A stretch of DNA of 63,819 nucleotides from positions 1 to 63,819 of IMG/VR virus record IMGVR_UViG_3300042465_004622, one strand, 5' to 3'. The DNA comes from a virus (lineage: Duplodnaviria; Caudoviricetes). Below, in pieces: positions 17,583-28,000 of this stretch; the first letter of the stretch is position 1; every line of letters begins with the position of its first letter. Under the pieces are notes generated by a model. That model searched no databases. It was not told the origin of the DNA and worked only from the letters and a program-made list of their open reading frames with translations. A program made the position numbers and the translations under genes.

Positions 17583-20500
17583 GCATACCTAACCGAATCG
17601 CCGTCCTTAATTCCAATGGGACAACCGACATTTCTTTCGCCCCCGGAGCAGGGTTGGATGCCACAGGATACAGTGTCCAAGCGACCCCAGACGGCACGGT
17701 AATTGCAGGGGGCGCTTTCAATATGGTGAGTGGTTCGGTGCAAGCCAAACTGGCTTTCTTCGACGCTGATGGAGCGCTTCAAGAGAGTACACCGACGCCC
17801 AACAACACCGTCCGCACACTCGCGCTGCAAACAGACGGATCTGTGATATTCGGCGGGGATTTCACCAATGTAAATGGCTCAACGCGCAACCGAATCGCCC
17901 GTCTCGAAAGTGACCTGACACTGGAGTCTGCCTACAACCCGAACGCCGGAGGCACCGTGTATGGCCTGCTCAATCAAGAGGATGGCAAGACCATCGCTGT
18001 CGGAGCCTTCACGACCATGGGAGGAATAACCAGAAACCGGATTGCACGTCTCTATAACGACGAGGCACCCAAAACACTTTCGGTTCTGTCAGTCGATCTA
18101 GTTCAATGGTTGCGAGGAGGAGCATCCCCAGAAACCGAACGTGTCTCCTTTGAACTCAGCACAGATGGCGGCACCACGTATGCAGACATCGCGGGAACTA
18201 TCACTCGGACTGAAGGCGGCTGGCAGCTTGTCCCATCTTCCTCTCTGACTAGCGACGGAATTATCCGAGCCAGAGCCTACCCAACAGATTCACACAGCGA
18301 GGGTCTCATTGAAGACACGGTTACGTTTGACGTGAATCCTGAAATCGAAGTGTCGCAAGGCAGCACCATCCTAGTGGACGGCGTGAGCACAGTTACTTTT
18401 GACGACACACAACTAGGATCATCCCGAGAAGTAACGATAACCATTACGAATATCGGCCTCACGCACCTTGATCTACAAGGCGCAACTAAAGTTCATCTGA
18501 CGACCGGAACGCAGTGGTCTGTAGTTTCCCAACCAACTTCACCTATCGAGTTTGGCGAATCAGTTAATTTCACCCTCCGTTTCACTCCTACCTCCGCAGG
18601 GGTGAAGACAGACACCGTTACTATCGACAACAATGACCCTAACGAAGACCCGTTCACTTTTAGTCTGAGCGGCGAGTGTCTCCCCGGCCCCGGCTCGGTC
18701 GATACTTCATGGCAGGTGACGCCTAACGCTACAACCTACGCTACAGCTTTGAATGCCGCTGATGATGCTTGGGTTGGGGGAACTTTCACAACGGTAAATG
18801 CACTTAACCGCAAGCGTTTTGCTCGAATCAGTGATGCAGGTTCGGTTTTAGCCCAGACAGGTAGTATAGGGAATGGCGAAGTATTTTGCTTCTGCCAACT
18901 TCCAGATGGTAAAGTACTGGTCGGCGGAACATTCACATCGGTAAATGGGGTCACACGTAATCGTCTAGCTAGGTTTACTTCAAGCGGAGAGTTCGATGCC
19001 TCTTTTAATATATCAGCCAACAACCTCATACTTTCACTCAATTTACAAGCCGATGGCTCAGTTATTGTCGGTGGAAATTTTACTGTATTTGGGGGCGTTA
19101 ATAGGCTAGCACTAGCTAAATTAACACCTTCAGGCGCACTGGATACAAGTTTCAACCCCACCAATGCGAGTAGTGTTTATGGTGTAGCTACTCAAACAGA
19201 TGGAAAACTGATTGTTTACGGGTCTAATGTATCTCCAGTAATGCGTTTAAACGCAGACGGATCGCAAGATTTAACTTTCTCTGCAAATGTAAGTAACGGC
19301 GTAACAGCAGCTTCACTGACAAACGAAGGTAAAGTATTGATAAGTGGCGTGTACAATAGCATAGATGGGGTAAGCAAAGAAGGACTTAACCGTCTCAATC
19401 CAACAGGATCTCTTGATGCTACCTTCAGCGAGGTTCAAGCCGCTGTGAGATCTCTAGTTGTGCAGTGCGATGGGAAACTAATCGCAGGCAGCAATTCTTT
19501 AGGCGATTTGGCATCCACCGAACGGCTAGTCCGCCTCAGCGCGACCGGAACTGTTGACTCTACCTTCGTAGCTTCCGCACGAAACAGCGTATTAGGTCTT
19601 GGGCTACAGTCAGATGGTAAGGTTATAGTCACCGGGCAGTTCACTCTTGCAGGAGGAACCACTAAATATGCCGCACGTCTTATCAACGACATCGACGCTG
19701 CTACTTCCGCACTATCGGTGGTGAGTGAAACGGAAGTTCAGTGGCTTCGTGGCGGAACAACCCCAGAGACTCAAGTCGTAGTTTTCCACTACAGCCAAGA
19801 TGGAGGAACTACTTGGACGAGCTTGGGGCAAGGAGCACGGATAACTGGAGGCTGGAGACTTGCTTCGATAACACTCCCCATTTCTGGCTTACTTCGAGCA
19901 CAAGCCTACATTCCTTGCGGGTTTAGTAATGGCAGCACGTCAATCCACGAAGAACAAGTTTTTTTCTCGAATCTGGCGGCACCAGATCTCGTAGTAGAAT
20001 ACCCTGTAGGCACGGCTATCGCGGATAATGGAATTGCAACCTTACCGGGAACACGCCCGGATCAGGTAACGGACGTTATTGTGACTCTGCGAAACACAGG
20101 AAAGGCTACTTTGAGCAGTATCGTAGCTTCCTTCGCAGGAAGCGCTGGAGACTTCTCTATCGTCAGCTTCCCGGCCTCGTCGGTTTCTGCCAACGGAACG
20201 ACGACACTTACGTTGCGTTTTGCGCCGCCAACTAACGCTATCGGGGTGAAAACCGCGACCTTGAACATAGCCTCGAACTTGCCTGGATCAAAAAATCCCT
20301 ACCGAGTCAGTCTTCGAGCCAGTGCCGTCGGCATACCTGTAGCCAAGACAGGATCTAGCTCGGCTCCTTCTTCAGGACAAAGGACGTTGAACGGCACTTG
20401 GAGAGCTAACCACGATACCGCTTCCGCCTACTTCCAATACAAACTAAGGTCAGCTACGACGTGGAGTAATTCGACGGCTTTGACTGTCTCCGGGTTCACA

Positions 20501-20650
20501 GACGTAACTTCGCCTATCACGATCACAGGCTTAACTCCCGGACAGGTTTACGAATACAGGGCCATCATCTACAACGCGGTCAACGCAGCGGAACCTATTA
20601 AACCGCCAGCTCCATTCATTGGCAGCACCTCAACCTTCACCGCGACATGA
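17579..20650 (+). CDS. Delta-60 repeat / Ig-like tail protein that begins mid-repeat
   Basis: Many QxDG..GGxFT..RNRIARL repeats, two WLRGG-ELS/YS-DGG modules, Ig-like and FN3-like domains. Confidence 0.8.
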   Translation: MSIPNRIAVLNSNGTTDISFAPGAGLDATGYSVQATPDGTVIAGGAFNMVSGSVQAKLAFFDADGALQESTPTPNNTVRTLALQTDGSVIFGGDFTNVNGSTRNRIARLESDLTLESAYNPNAGGTVYGLLNQEDGKTIAVGAFTTMGGITRNRIARLYNDEAPKTLSVLSVDLVQWLRGGASPETERVSFELSTDGGTTYADIAGTITRTEGGWQLVPSSSLTSDGIIRARAYPTDSHSEGLIEDTVTFDVNPEIEVSQGSTILVDGVSTVTFDDTQLGSSREVTITITNIGLTHLDLQGATKVHLTTGTQWSVVSQPTSPIEFGESVNFTLRFTPTSAGVKTDTVTIDNNDPNEDPFTFSLSGECLPGPGSVDTSWQVTPNATTYATALNAADDAWVGGTFTTVNALNRKRFARISDAGSVLAQTGSIGNGEVFCFCQLPDGKVLVGGTFTSVNGVTRNRLARFTSSGEFDASFNISANNLILSLNLQADGSVIVGGNFTVFGGVNRLALAKLTPSGALDTSFNPTNASSVYGVATQTDGKLIVYGSNVSPVMRLNADGSQDLTFSANVSNGVTAASLTNEGKVLISGVYNSIDGVSKEGLNRLNPTGSLDATFSEVQAAVRSLVVQCDGKLIAGSNSLGDLASTERLVRLSATGTVDSTFVASARNSVLGLGLQSDGKVIVTGQFTLAGGTTKYAARLINDIDAATSALSVVSETEVQWLRGGTTPETQVVVFHYSQDGGTTWTSLGQGARITGGWRLASITLPISGLLRAQAYIPCGFSNGSTSIHEEQVFFSNLAAPDLVVEYPVGTAIADNGIATLPGTRPDQVTDVIVTLRNTGKATLSSIVASFAGSAGDFSIVSFPASSVSANGTTTLTLRFAPPTNAIGVKTATLNIASNLPGSKNPYRVSLRASAVGIPVAKTGSSSAPSSGQRTLNGTWRANHDTASAYFQYKLRSATTWSNSTALTVSGFTDVTSPITITGLTPGQVYEYRAIIYNAVNAAEPIKPPAPFIGSTSTFTAT

Positions 20651-20838
20651 CCAACGAGCAGGAAGAGAGGCTAGCAGCTATGGAAGGGGAGCACGGCGAT
20701 GAACAACAGTTTCAAGCCGTCCAGAACCGCACCGAAGAGCTGATAAACCAGAGTTTTGATCTGTTTAGGATCATCTCTGGCGGTAGCCATACTTCCGTGC
20801 TAAAAGGTAACAACCACCTAATCAGCTACGTACCATGA
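20647..20838 (+). CDS. Hypothetical protein
   Basis: ATGA-coupled ORF. Confidence 0.5.
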   Translation: MTNEQEERLAAMEGEHGDEQQFQAVQNRTEELINQSFDLFRIISGGSHTSVLKGNNHLISYVP

Positions 20839-21017
20839 CTGAGGAGGAATTTAATAACCTGACGCCCAAAGAACGAGCTGATGCTTGGTTCACGGAGCTT
20901 GGGCAGATGCTGCGAAAGGCGCAGCAAGACATTGTATTCCGAGCAGATAATGAGGAGACGCTTGTCGTTTCAGGGTTGACCACTATCGTCGCCGAGAGGG
21001 AGGACATCTACCGATGA
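20835..21017 (+). CDS. Hypothetical protein
   Basis: ATGA-coupled ORF. Confidence 0.5.
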   Translation: MTEEEFNNLTPKERADAWFTELGQMLRKAQQDIVFRADNEETLVVSGLTTIVAEREDIYR

Positions 21018-21628
21018 CGTTCGCTCAATATCAACAGCTTCAAGGTTTTGCTAGAAAGTTGATCGCCGATAAAATCGCGTCGATACAACCGAGAGCTGGA
21101 AACCTAGTGAGCGTCATTGGGGATGGCATATCTATCGAGCTACCAATACCCAGCGCAGCCGACGAAGAGGCAGAAGAACGATGGGTGTTTACTTTGTATT
21201 GCCGACTCCGATACATCAATATCGGACAAGGAGAGTATGACACAGAATGGTCAGACTGGGATGTTGCTGCTTGGGCACCTAGAACAAGCTCTGGGCTTTT
21301 ACTCCAGAGCTTTTTCTGGCAGCAGACAGAGTTCTTCAATATAGTCCCAGACGAAGAGGAAGCGCAGCCATTCGGACGTTCGGTAGAGGTGGATTTCCAG
21401 ATCCGCACATCTCCAAGACCCTACCCAGGCGGAGGCTGGCCGGAGTTCGAGAACGCGCAATACCGATCACCTATCGAACTCACTTTAGAAGAATATAATG
21501 TCGAGAACTCAGATGTCATAGAGACCTACAAAATAAAACTTCGTCGCAGCGGGCACCAACAGACTTTCAACCCGAGATCACCCAACACATTCTATGAGTT
21601 GAGACCCACAGCTTTTACGAGACTTTGA
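21014..21628 (+). CDS. Hypothetical (possibly tail) protein
   Basis: ATGA-coupled 204-aa ORF. Confidence 0.6.
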   Translation: MTFAQYQQLQGFARKLIADKIASIQPRAGNLVSVIGDGISIELPIPSAADEEAEERWVFTLYCRLRYINIGQGEYDTEWSDWDVAAWAPRTSSGLLLQSFFWQQTEFFNIVPDEEEAQPFGRSVEVDFQIRTSPRPYPGGGWPEFENAQYRSPIELTLEEYNVENSDVIETYKIKLRRSGHQQTFNPRSPNTFYELRPTAFTRL

Positions 21629-21639
21629 GCGTATCAGGC

Positions 21640-21667
21640 TTGACTCCTACAGTGCGTCAACTAAAAT
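21640..21667 (+). promoter_or_regulatory. Sigma70-like promoter
   Basis: TTGACT-16nt-TAAAAT before the 21680 start. Confidence 0.5.
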
Positions 21668-21679
21668 CAGCATCAAAAT

Positions 21680-22783
21680 ATGGCTACCCCTTCACCTTAC
21701 GGAAATCCAAATTGGTTAAAACGCCAAAACAGGCTTATGACCGCTCGGTCAGCCACGCCGCAGGATATGAACGATCCTCGACAAGCCGCTCAATCGTTGT
21801 ATGGAGCGGGCATTCAACTCGGAGAGGACGGATCTCCGCGTGCTACTAGGGATTTCGGATCTCTTCTAGGCTTGAACTCGTCTCAGATGAATGCGTTATC
21901 CAGAGGAGCAAAACCGGGAAGTTTCTCTAGTCTCGGACAGCCGACAGGCTCGATGTATGCCAACAATCCGGGTTTCTTTAGAAACAGATTACGTCAGCGC
22001 AACCAGACGCTCGTACCTGGAGCACCCGCAATGAGCCGAGAGCAGCGTGTAGCGCAAGCTCAGAGCGAAGGCACGTTCGACACAATCCGTGACAGATACA
22101 ACACCGACAACGCTGGCGCAGGCTTGTCGATGAACGAGTTCGGCAACATCAATAAGGTAAACCCGTTAACTCAAACTCAAGCAGCTCCGCTACCGTCTTA
22201 CCTGAAGCGTCCCGCGCCAAGTCTCGATCCTGATACTCCCGGAGGTGCTTCAGCAGCGGCTAGATCGAAAATGATGCAGCCACGTTCGGTCATGGGTGCG
22301 CTAACTAAAGGATTGGATTACAACCCTCTGTCCAGAAAAACAGCTTTAGAATCTCAACCATCAAGTTCTCAAGCAACTACGTCTTCCTCAACTAATACGC
22401 CTGCAAATCAGCAAGAGGTAAACCGCGCAGGTCTCGAAGACCGAGCCGCAGGTCTGCGTTTGCTTCGAGAGATGAGCCAGACTCCGCTGCAAATAGACCG
22501 AAAAGCTGGAGGAGGTGCTGATACCCTTATACGAGGGAAGTACGGGGAGGGTTTTGCAGGTAATCTTCCTCCCGGCGTAAAACGCCCAGCGGGCTACGAA
22601 GGAGATGTCAACGGTCGCCCGTTCTCCGAGGTAATGACTGGACTCGCCAACAAACAGGTCCGTGAAGGAACTTGGCGGAAAGGTGATCGACTACCCGAGG
22701 GAATGACCGAGAAACAAGCTCTCTCTGAAAGTGAAAAAGCTCGTCAGAGCAGACAATCCCTCCAACGCTTGACTAAACGCTAA
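21680..22783 (+). CDS. Putative internal virion protein
   Basis: Low-complexity Q/R/S/G-rich ORF in the structural arm. Confidence 0.5.
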   Translation: MATPSPYGNPNWLKRQNRLMTARSATPQDMNDPRQAAQSLYGAGIQLGEDGSPRATRDFGSLLGLNSSQMNALSRGAKPGSFSSLGQPTGSMYANNPGFFRNRLRQRNQTLVPGAPAMSREQRVAQAQSEGTFDTIRDRYNTDNAGAGLSMNEFGNINKVNPLTQTQAAPLPSYLKRPAPSLDPDTPGGASAAARSKMMQPRSVMGALTKGLDYNPLSRKTALESQPSSSQATTSSSTNTPANQQEVNRAGLEDRAAGLRLLREMSQTPLQIDRKAGGGADTLIRGKYGEGFAGNLPPGVKRPAGYEGDVNGRPFSEVMTGLANKQVREGTWRKGDRLPEGMTEKQALSESEKARQSRQSLQRLTKR

Positions 22784-23721
22784 TGGACACACGTTTTACC
22801 GTCGCAGATCTCCGTACCGCCCTCTACACCGAGGTCGATGCGACGGATATTAACTCCTCGTTGTTCCTGCCAGCCTTGAACGAGGTGGCCGAATACTTCA
22901 CTTACAGTGGCGCTTGGAAAGGCAACACTCCGAAAGTGACGATCCCAGCCTCCGATGGTTTTTTCACTCTACCACGGTGGTATAGCAGCGTGTTGACACT
23001 CCGCTACCAACGAGTTCCACGTCCTATCTTCTCGCAGTTCTATGAGTTCTCCGAGTCTGGCCCAGGAGAGCTTCTCGATACCGAGTCGTTCTACGGTGTC
23101 CTAGCTGATATGGGTGATGGCTTTGTCACTCAGTCTGACATCATCACCGCAGGAACGCTTCGCGTCACTATCGGAGGCGCTGGAGACGCCGCCAAGGTTA
23201 TCAGGCTGTATGGGACGGATGCTTCTGGCAACGTCATCTATGACTCAGCCGGAAACCAAGGTCTCAACCTCACGACAGCAAACCCATCGGCTGACACATC
23301 TCAAGTATTTGCCACCGTGACAGGCATCCAAGCGCCAGCAAACATGACTCTGCCTTGGACGTTGAGCGTGGTGAATGGAGGCGTCCCGACGCAAATTGGT
23401 TCATATTACCCTGGGGAAACCCGCCCTTGCTACAAACGCTATCGAGTAGGCAAGACGGATGAAGCCATTCACACCATCTGCCGTCGTCGCTTCATTCCCC
23501 TAGTAGCTGAGACAGATTGGGTGATCGGAAGTCTGCGGGCCTACCGCTACGGTCTGAAAGGACTCGCTTTCGAGAAAGCTGGGCAACTGGCTGAAGCACA
23601 AGGTTGTTTCTCTACAGCTATCGGATTCCTCAACGACGAAGCCAAAGCCTCCCGTGGCGGTGCTCGTCCGATGCTGAATATCACCACTGAATTGTCCCGA
23701 GGAGTTCAAATCGGAGCTTAA
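22783..23721 (+). CDS. Putative tail adaptor / tubular structural protein
   Basis: Helical N- and C-termini around a beta insert, as in podovirus adaptors; position. Confidence 0.5.
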   Translation: MDTRFTVADLRTALYTEVDATDINSSLFLPALNEVAEYFTYSGAWKGNTPKVTIPASDGFFTLPRWYSSVLTLRYQRVPRPIFSQFYEFSESGPGELLDTESFYGVLADMGDGFVTQSDIITAGTLRVTIGGAGDAAKVIRLYGTDASGNVIYDSAGNQGLNLTTANPSADTSQVFATVTGIQAPANMTLPWTLSVVNGGVPTQIGSYYPGETRPCYKRYRVGKTDEAIHTICRRRFIPLVAETDWVIGSLRAYRYGLKGLAFEKAGQLAEAQGCFSTAIGFLNDEAKASRGGARPMLNITTELSRGVQIGA

Positions 23722-23723
23722 CT

Positions 23724-25055
23724 ATGCCTGCTACCCCCAGTTTTGAAGAGATGTTCGGAGTCGGCAAAGTGCCGATTGCGAGCTATTTCAACCTTCCCAA
23801 AGGCGCATCAGCCGACACTCAGTTCTCGCCACAAGCGAGGGAGCTACTCAGTCAGGGGGAAGATTATGCCCGTGAACAAGCCGCCAGAGAAGCAGAGATC
23901 GCTGCGGAAGAACTGCTTGGCGGAGCGGCAAACATGTCTGACGATCAACTTCAGCAGCAGCTAGTCCAGAATCCAAGGTTGTTTGGCACCCGAGCTATCC
24001 AGCCGCTGAGTGGCTATGTTCAGTATCGTCAGAGCACGTCACCTATGAGTGATGAAGTTCTTGGGCCAGTGATCGAAGCGAAGATCACCGACCCTTACCA
24101 TAAAGAGCGTTTCCGTAACCGGATGCTCGAAGAAGGTCTGTCGGCGAACGACGCCTACGACGCTTACCTCACCGACGAGTACAACAACAAGTTCGAGGTA
24201 GCTCTCGCCGAAGCAGGCGTCCCAGAGACTGAGTACGCAAAGCTCAGAACAGCTTCTGGAAAGTTCGATCCAGTTGCCGTCCCTCGCGCCGTGGCAGCGG
24301 CAAAGGCAGCAGCTAAGTTGAGCGGGACAGGAAAAAGAGTCGCTCCAGTAGATGAAGAGGTTGAGTTTCTCAAAGATGCTATTGAGCAGCGTCAGAAGAT
24401 TTTTGAAGCCACAGGTAGAGCCGACAAACTAGCTGAAGATCCTGTGATGGCTGATTACATCAGCCGATACGAAAAGGCGGCTAGTGAGAAACTCACAGCG
24501 CTGCGTCCGCCTCCGAAACCAGTAATCGGACAAGCTGTTCAAATACCTTCGCTGCCTGTCGCAGTTGCCTCCAATAGACCTATGTCTCCGCAACGGGAGC
24601 AAGTTCAAAGAGAGGAAAAAACGAAAAATGCTGAGTTTAATCAAAAACAGCAGGTAGCGGATACGGAATGGACCAAGCAAAAACAGAACTTGTACCAGTC
24701 CATAGGACGCATCTATCCAGATGAAAACCGCGTTTTAGGCATCGCTTTGGATATAGCTGATGGCGTAGAGATACCTGTTAAGACAGAGACTCTTGTTGAC
24801 GATTTTGCTGTTGGCGAAACCGAAGTAAAAAGAAAACTAGATCGAGTGATAGCTGACGAACTCGGAGTAGGCTTGAATGATGTCGCTTTTGTAGAACCCG
24901 GCAATCAGAGAACCGGATCTCAGAAAGTGACTTACGGTGAACTCATCCGAGAATGGGCTAAGGAGATAAAAGATCGTTTCGAGGCTTCTCAATCTCAGGC
25001 TGGACAACCCGCCTCCAGCGGTGCTAAGATTGAGATAGGATCACCTCGTAAATAA
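23724..25055 (+). CDS. Putative internal virion (ejection) protein
   Basis: Helical 443 aa, immediately upstream of the giant protein. Confidence 0.5.
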   Translation: MPATPSFEEMFGVGKVPIASYFNLPKGASADTQFSPQARELLSQGEDYAREQAAREAEIAAEELLGGAANMSDDQLQQQLVQNPRLFGTRAIQPLSGYVQYRQSTSPMSDEVLGPVIEAKITDPYHKERFRNRMLEEGLSANDAYDAYLTDEYNNKFEVALAEAGVPETEYAKLRTASGKFDPVAVPRAVAAAKAAAKLSGTGKRVAPVDEEVEFLKDAIEQRQKIFEATGRADKLAEDPVMADYISRYEKAASEKLTALRPPPKPVIGQAVQIPSLPVAVASNRPMSPQREQVQREEKTKNAEFNQKQQVADTEWTKQKQNLYQSIGRIYPDENRVLGIALDIADGVEIPVKTETLVDDFAVGETEVKRKLDRVIADELGVGLNDVAFVEPGNQRTGSQKVTYGELIREWAKEIKDRFEASQSQAGQPASSGAKIEIGSPRK

Positions 25056-25078
25056 GGTGGTTCATACCCCACCTTATT

Positions 25079-28000
25079 ATGCCTTGGGAAATACCTATTA
25101 CAGTCGAAGACACGACATACCCCGTTCGCTTTAACACGGAGGTAGAGCCAACTCAGGCAGATATTGACGAAGCTGTTGCAATGATTATGCAGCAGCGTTC
25201 GACTCCAGCCGCACCAGCCGCCGATCAACCTGGTCGTCTCGGCAGTTTCGCGTCAAACGTAGGACGTGGGGCGCTTTCCGTGATCCCTGGCACGGTCGGT
25301 GGTGTTGGTTATGCTTTAGGCTCAGATACATTGACAGGTGCTGCTGACACCATCGAAGGTGGTATCAACCGAATGCTTCCGGTAAATCCTGAGTATCAGG
25401 ACGAGCTACTGATGAAGGGCGGGCAAGCAGTCGGTCAAGCTATCGGTATGCTGGGCACAGGTGGAGCCGTAGGAGCCGCAGGAAAGAGTCTCGCTCTATC
25501 CAGAGGTCTAGCTCAAGGTGCCGCAGCCGCTAAAGGAGCCAACTTAGCGAAGAACGTAATGCTCGGCACCGGGATAGCCCAAGGCACGCGAGGCGGTGGT
25601 CAAGCTGCTGAACAGTACGGTATGCAAGGCGGAGCAGCTTATGCCCGTGCTCTTCTTGGAGGGGCTATCGAAGGTGCGTCTGAGCGTTACTTGTTTGGTA
25701 TGGGCACAGAACTTGCGCCTGTGAAGAAGTTCCTCGGAGAAGCCGCTGAGAAAGGCGTTGGAGGAATCGTCAAATCCGCAGGCACAGAAGCGGGCGAAGA
25801 AGCCGTTTCTCAGATTGGTGGCAACGTCGCTACCTCGGTGCTGGCACCTTACGGTGTCCAGACTCCCGGAGTTTTGGAAGGCGTTGGTGAATCGGCCCTT
25901 CTCGGAGGTATCGCTGGGGGCACTATCGGAGGTATTAATGCGCTCATGCAGCCATCTCCAACCATCGAAGGCGATGCGTTGTTTCCGCCAGAACAAGCTC
26001 CTCCACCTGTCGAAGAGCCAGAAGACGATTACGGCGTGGCTGCATTCCAGCAGCAAATGACCGAAATCGCGGCTCAACCAGATCCGATTGCGCCCATCCA
26101 GCAGACAATCAATCAAGCCGCTGTCACATCAGTTAAAGCTAAAGCTGACTTGTTGCCTGCGACCGCAGCAGTGATCGAGGCTGGCGGATTGGCGACTACA
26201 CCCGTACAAGAAGAAACCCCCGTTGGTGCGCCTATTGTCGAACAACCAGCGTCGGGGGTGTTGTTGCCACAAGATACCTCAGATTCACTACCGATTGCAA
26301 ATGAGACTTCCTTAAAAGAGCACGAATCAAAATTTCTGACAGCCGATGGGCGCAGATTTGTTCCAGGCGGATTTGAAAGATACTCATCTACGCCTTACGG
26401 CAGAGAGGCCACCACAGGTCTCCCTGTTTACGCAGGCGACAAGAAATATCGGCCTACAGACATCGCTTATTTTGAAGATGGAGTGATACACAAAAATGTA
26501 ATGGTTTCAGGCGCGGAGTATTCCGTGATGATTGCAAAAGACGGCGGAATCCACTTTGCTCCAAGAGCAGGACTAGGGGTCGGCGAAAAGGCAGAGGGTG
26601 GGGCCTTTGCCACCATGAATGCACTTGGCCCACATTTGCGCGAGTTGATTGATCTAAAACTCCGGTCGAATCCTTCGCAAGTGTTTTCAATTCAGCCTAA
26701 CAGCATAAAGAAATTTCCACTGTTCTTACGCTATGCCAAGAACGCAGGATTCAAAGTAGATGGTAACTCGTTTACTGTTCCTTCCTCCCCACAACCAGCG
26801 CCTGCCCCACAACCCACCAGAGAGGAACAGACCTTCGAGCCTGTTGTCGAACCACCTCCGACACTCGACCAACTGAGAGATCGGCTGCGAACATCTCTCG
26901 CACCGAAACCCGCCACACCAGAACAAGAAACACCGCTTGAACAACCAGAACCCGAGCCACCAGTCGTCGAGGAAACCACCCCGCCCGAGCAGCCAATACC
27001 AGCAGTCGAAGAGGCTCCTGCGCCTAAAATCACCTCCGAGGAAGTTCCGAATGTCGAAGATGTGATTGACGAGCCGGGGGCGGCTGAGGTAGGTTCGGGG
27101 ATGGAAAAAACCCCTGTCACGCAAATCAAAAATGCTCCTAAACGAATCAATCTGTCTGGCGCAGAGTTTGACGTTGTAGCCATCAACGAGGATGGCACAC
27201 TACGAGTTCGTAACGATGAAGGCGGGGAGTTTGACACTTCGGAAGGCGAATCCTGGACTGAGGTAGCTCCCCCCTCGAAAACGTCAGCAAGCGACATCAC
27301 CAAAATGTCTCGCGCTGAGTTCATCAAGAAGGAGATTGACGCCGCAGTATTTGCCAAAAAGCTCGCTATCCAAGAAGCAGAGCAGGCGATTCGCAGCAAA
27401 TGGACGCCGAAGAAACCGCTTCCTGTTGGGGTTAGCAAAGTCACCGCGTTCCTCACAAAAACCCGTTACACACCAGACGAGAAGAAGCTCCTTCATGCCT
27501 ACAACTTCGCTCAAAGAATGCGCGGAGCTGAGGCGATCCGTGACATCTCTGAGACCAAAGGCGCGGTGTGGGATGAACTATCCCGCAAGCAGAATGAAGC
27601 TCCAGCGCCCACACCAATCGTCCAGCGTGACGTGACGAAGCCGGAGCAGATGACGCCAGAGGTAGGCTCGGTGGAGGCCAAACAACAAGTAAAGGACAGG
27701 AGGGACTCAATACCCGCTGAGGACTTGGCCGACTACGACGAGTTTATGTCTCTGCTGGAGCGCCGTGGTCCGGCTCAGAGTAAAGTTAAAGGCTTCTCTT
27801 TCACGAAGACAGACGAGAAGCGTTTTCAAGAACTTGGCAAAAAGCTCCGCAAATACTTGTTTGAAACCGTCTCTCCGGCTACAGACCCGGTGATATGGAA
27901 AGACACAAGTGGCCACGATATTCACATGTCCGCCAAACGGACTTTTTACACCGTCGAGAACGGACGAGTTCGAACGGGAGTCGCCTTTGAATCAGAGCGG

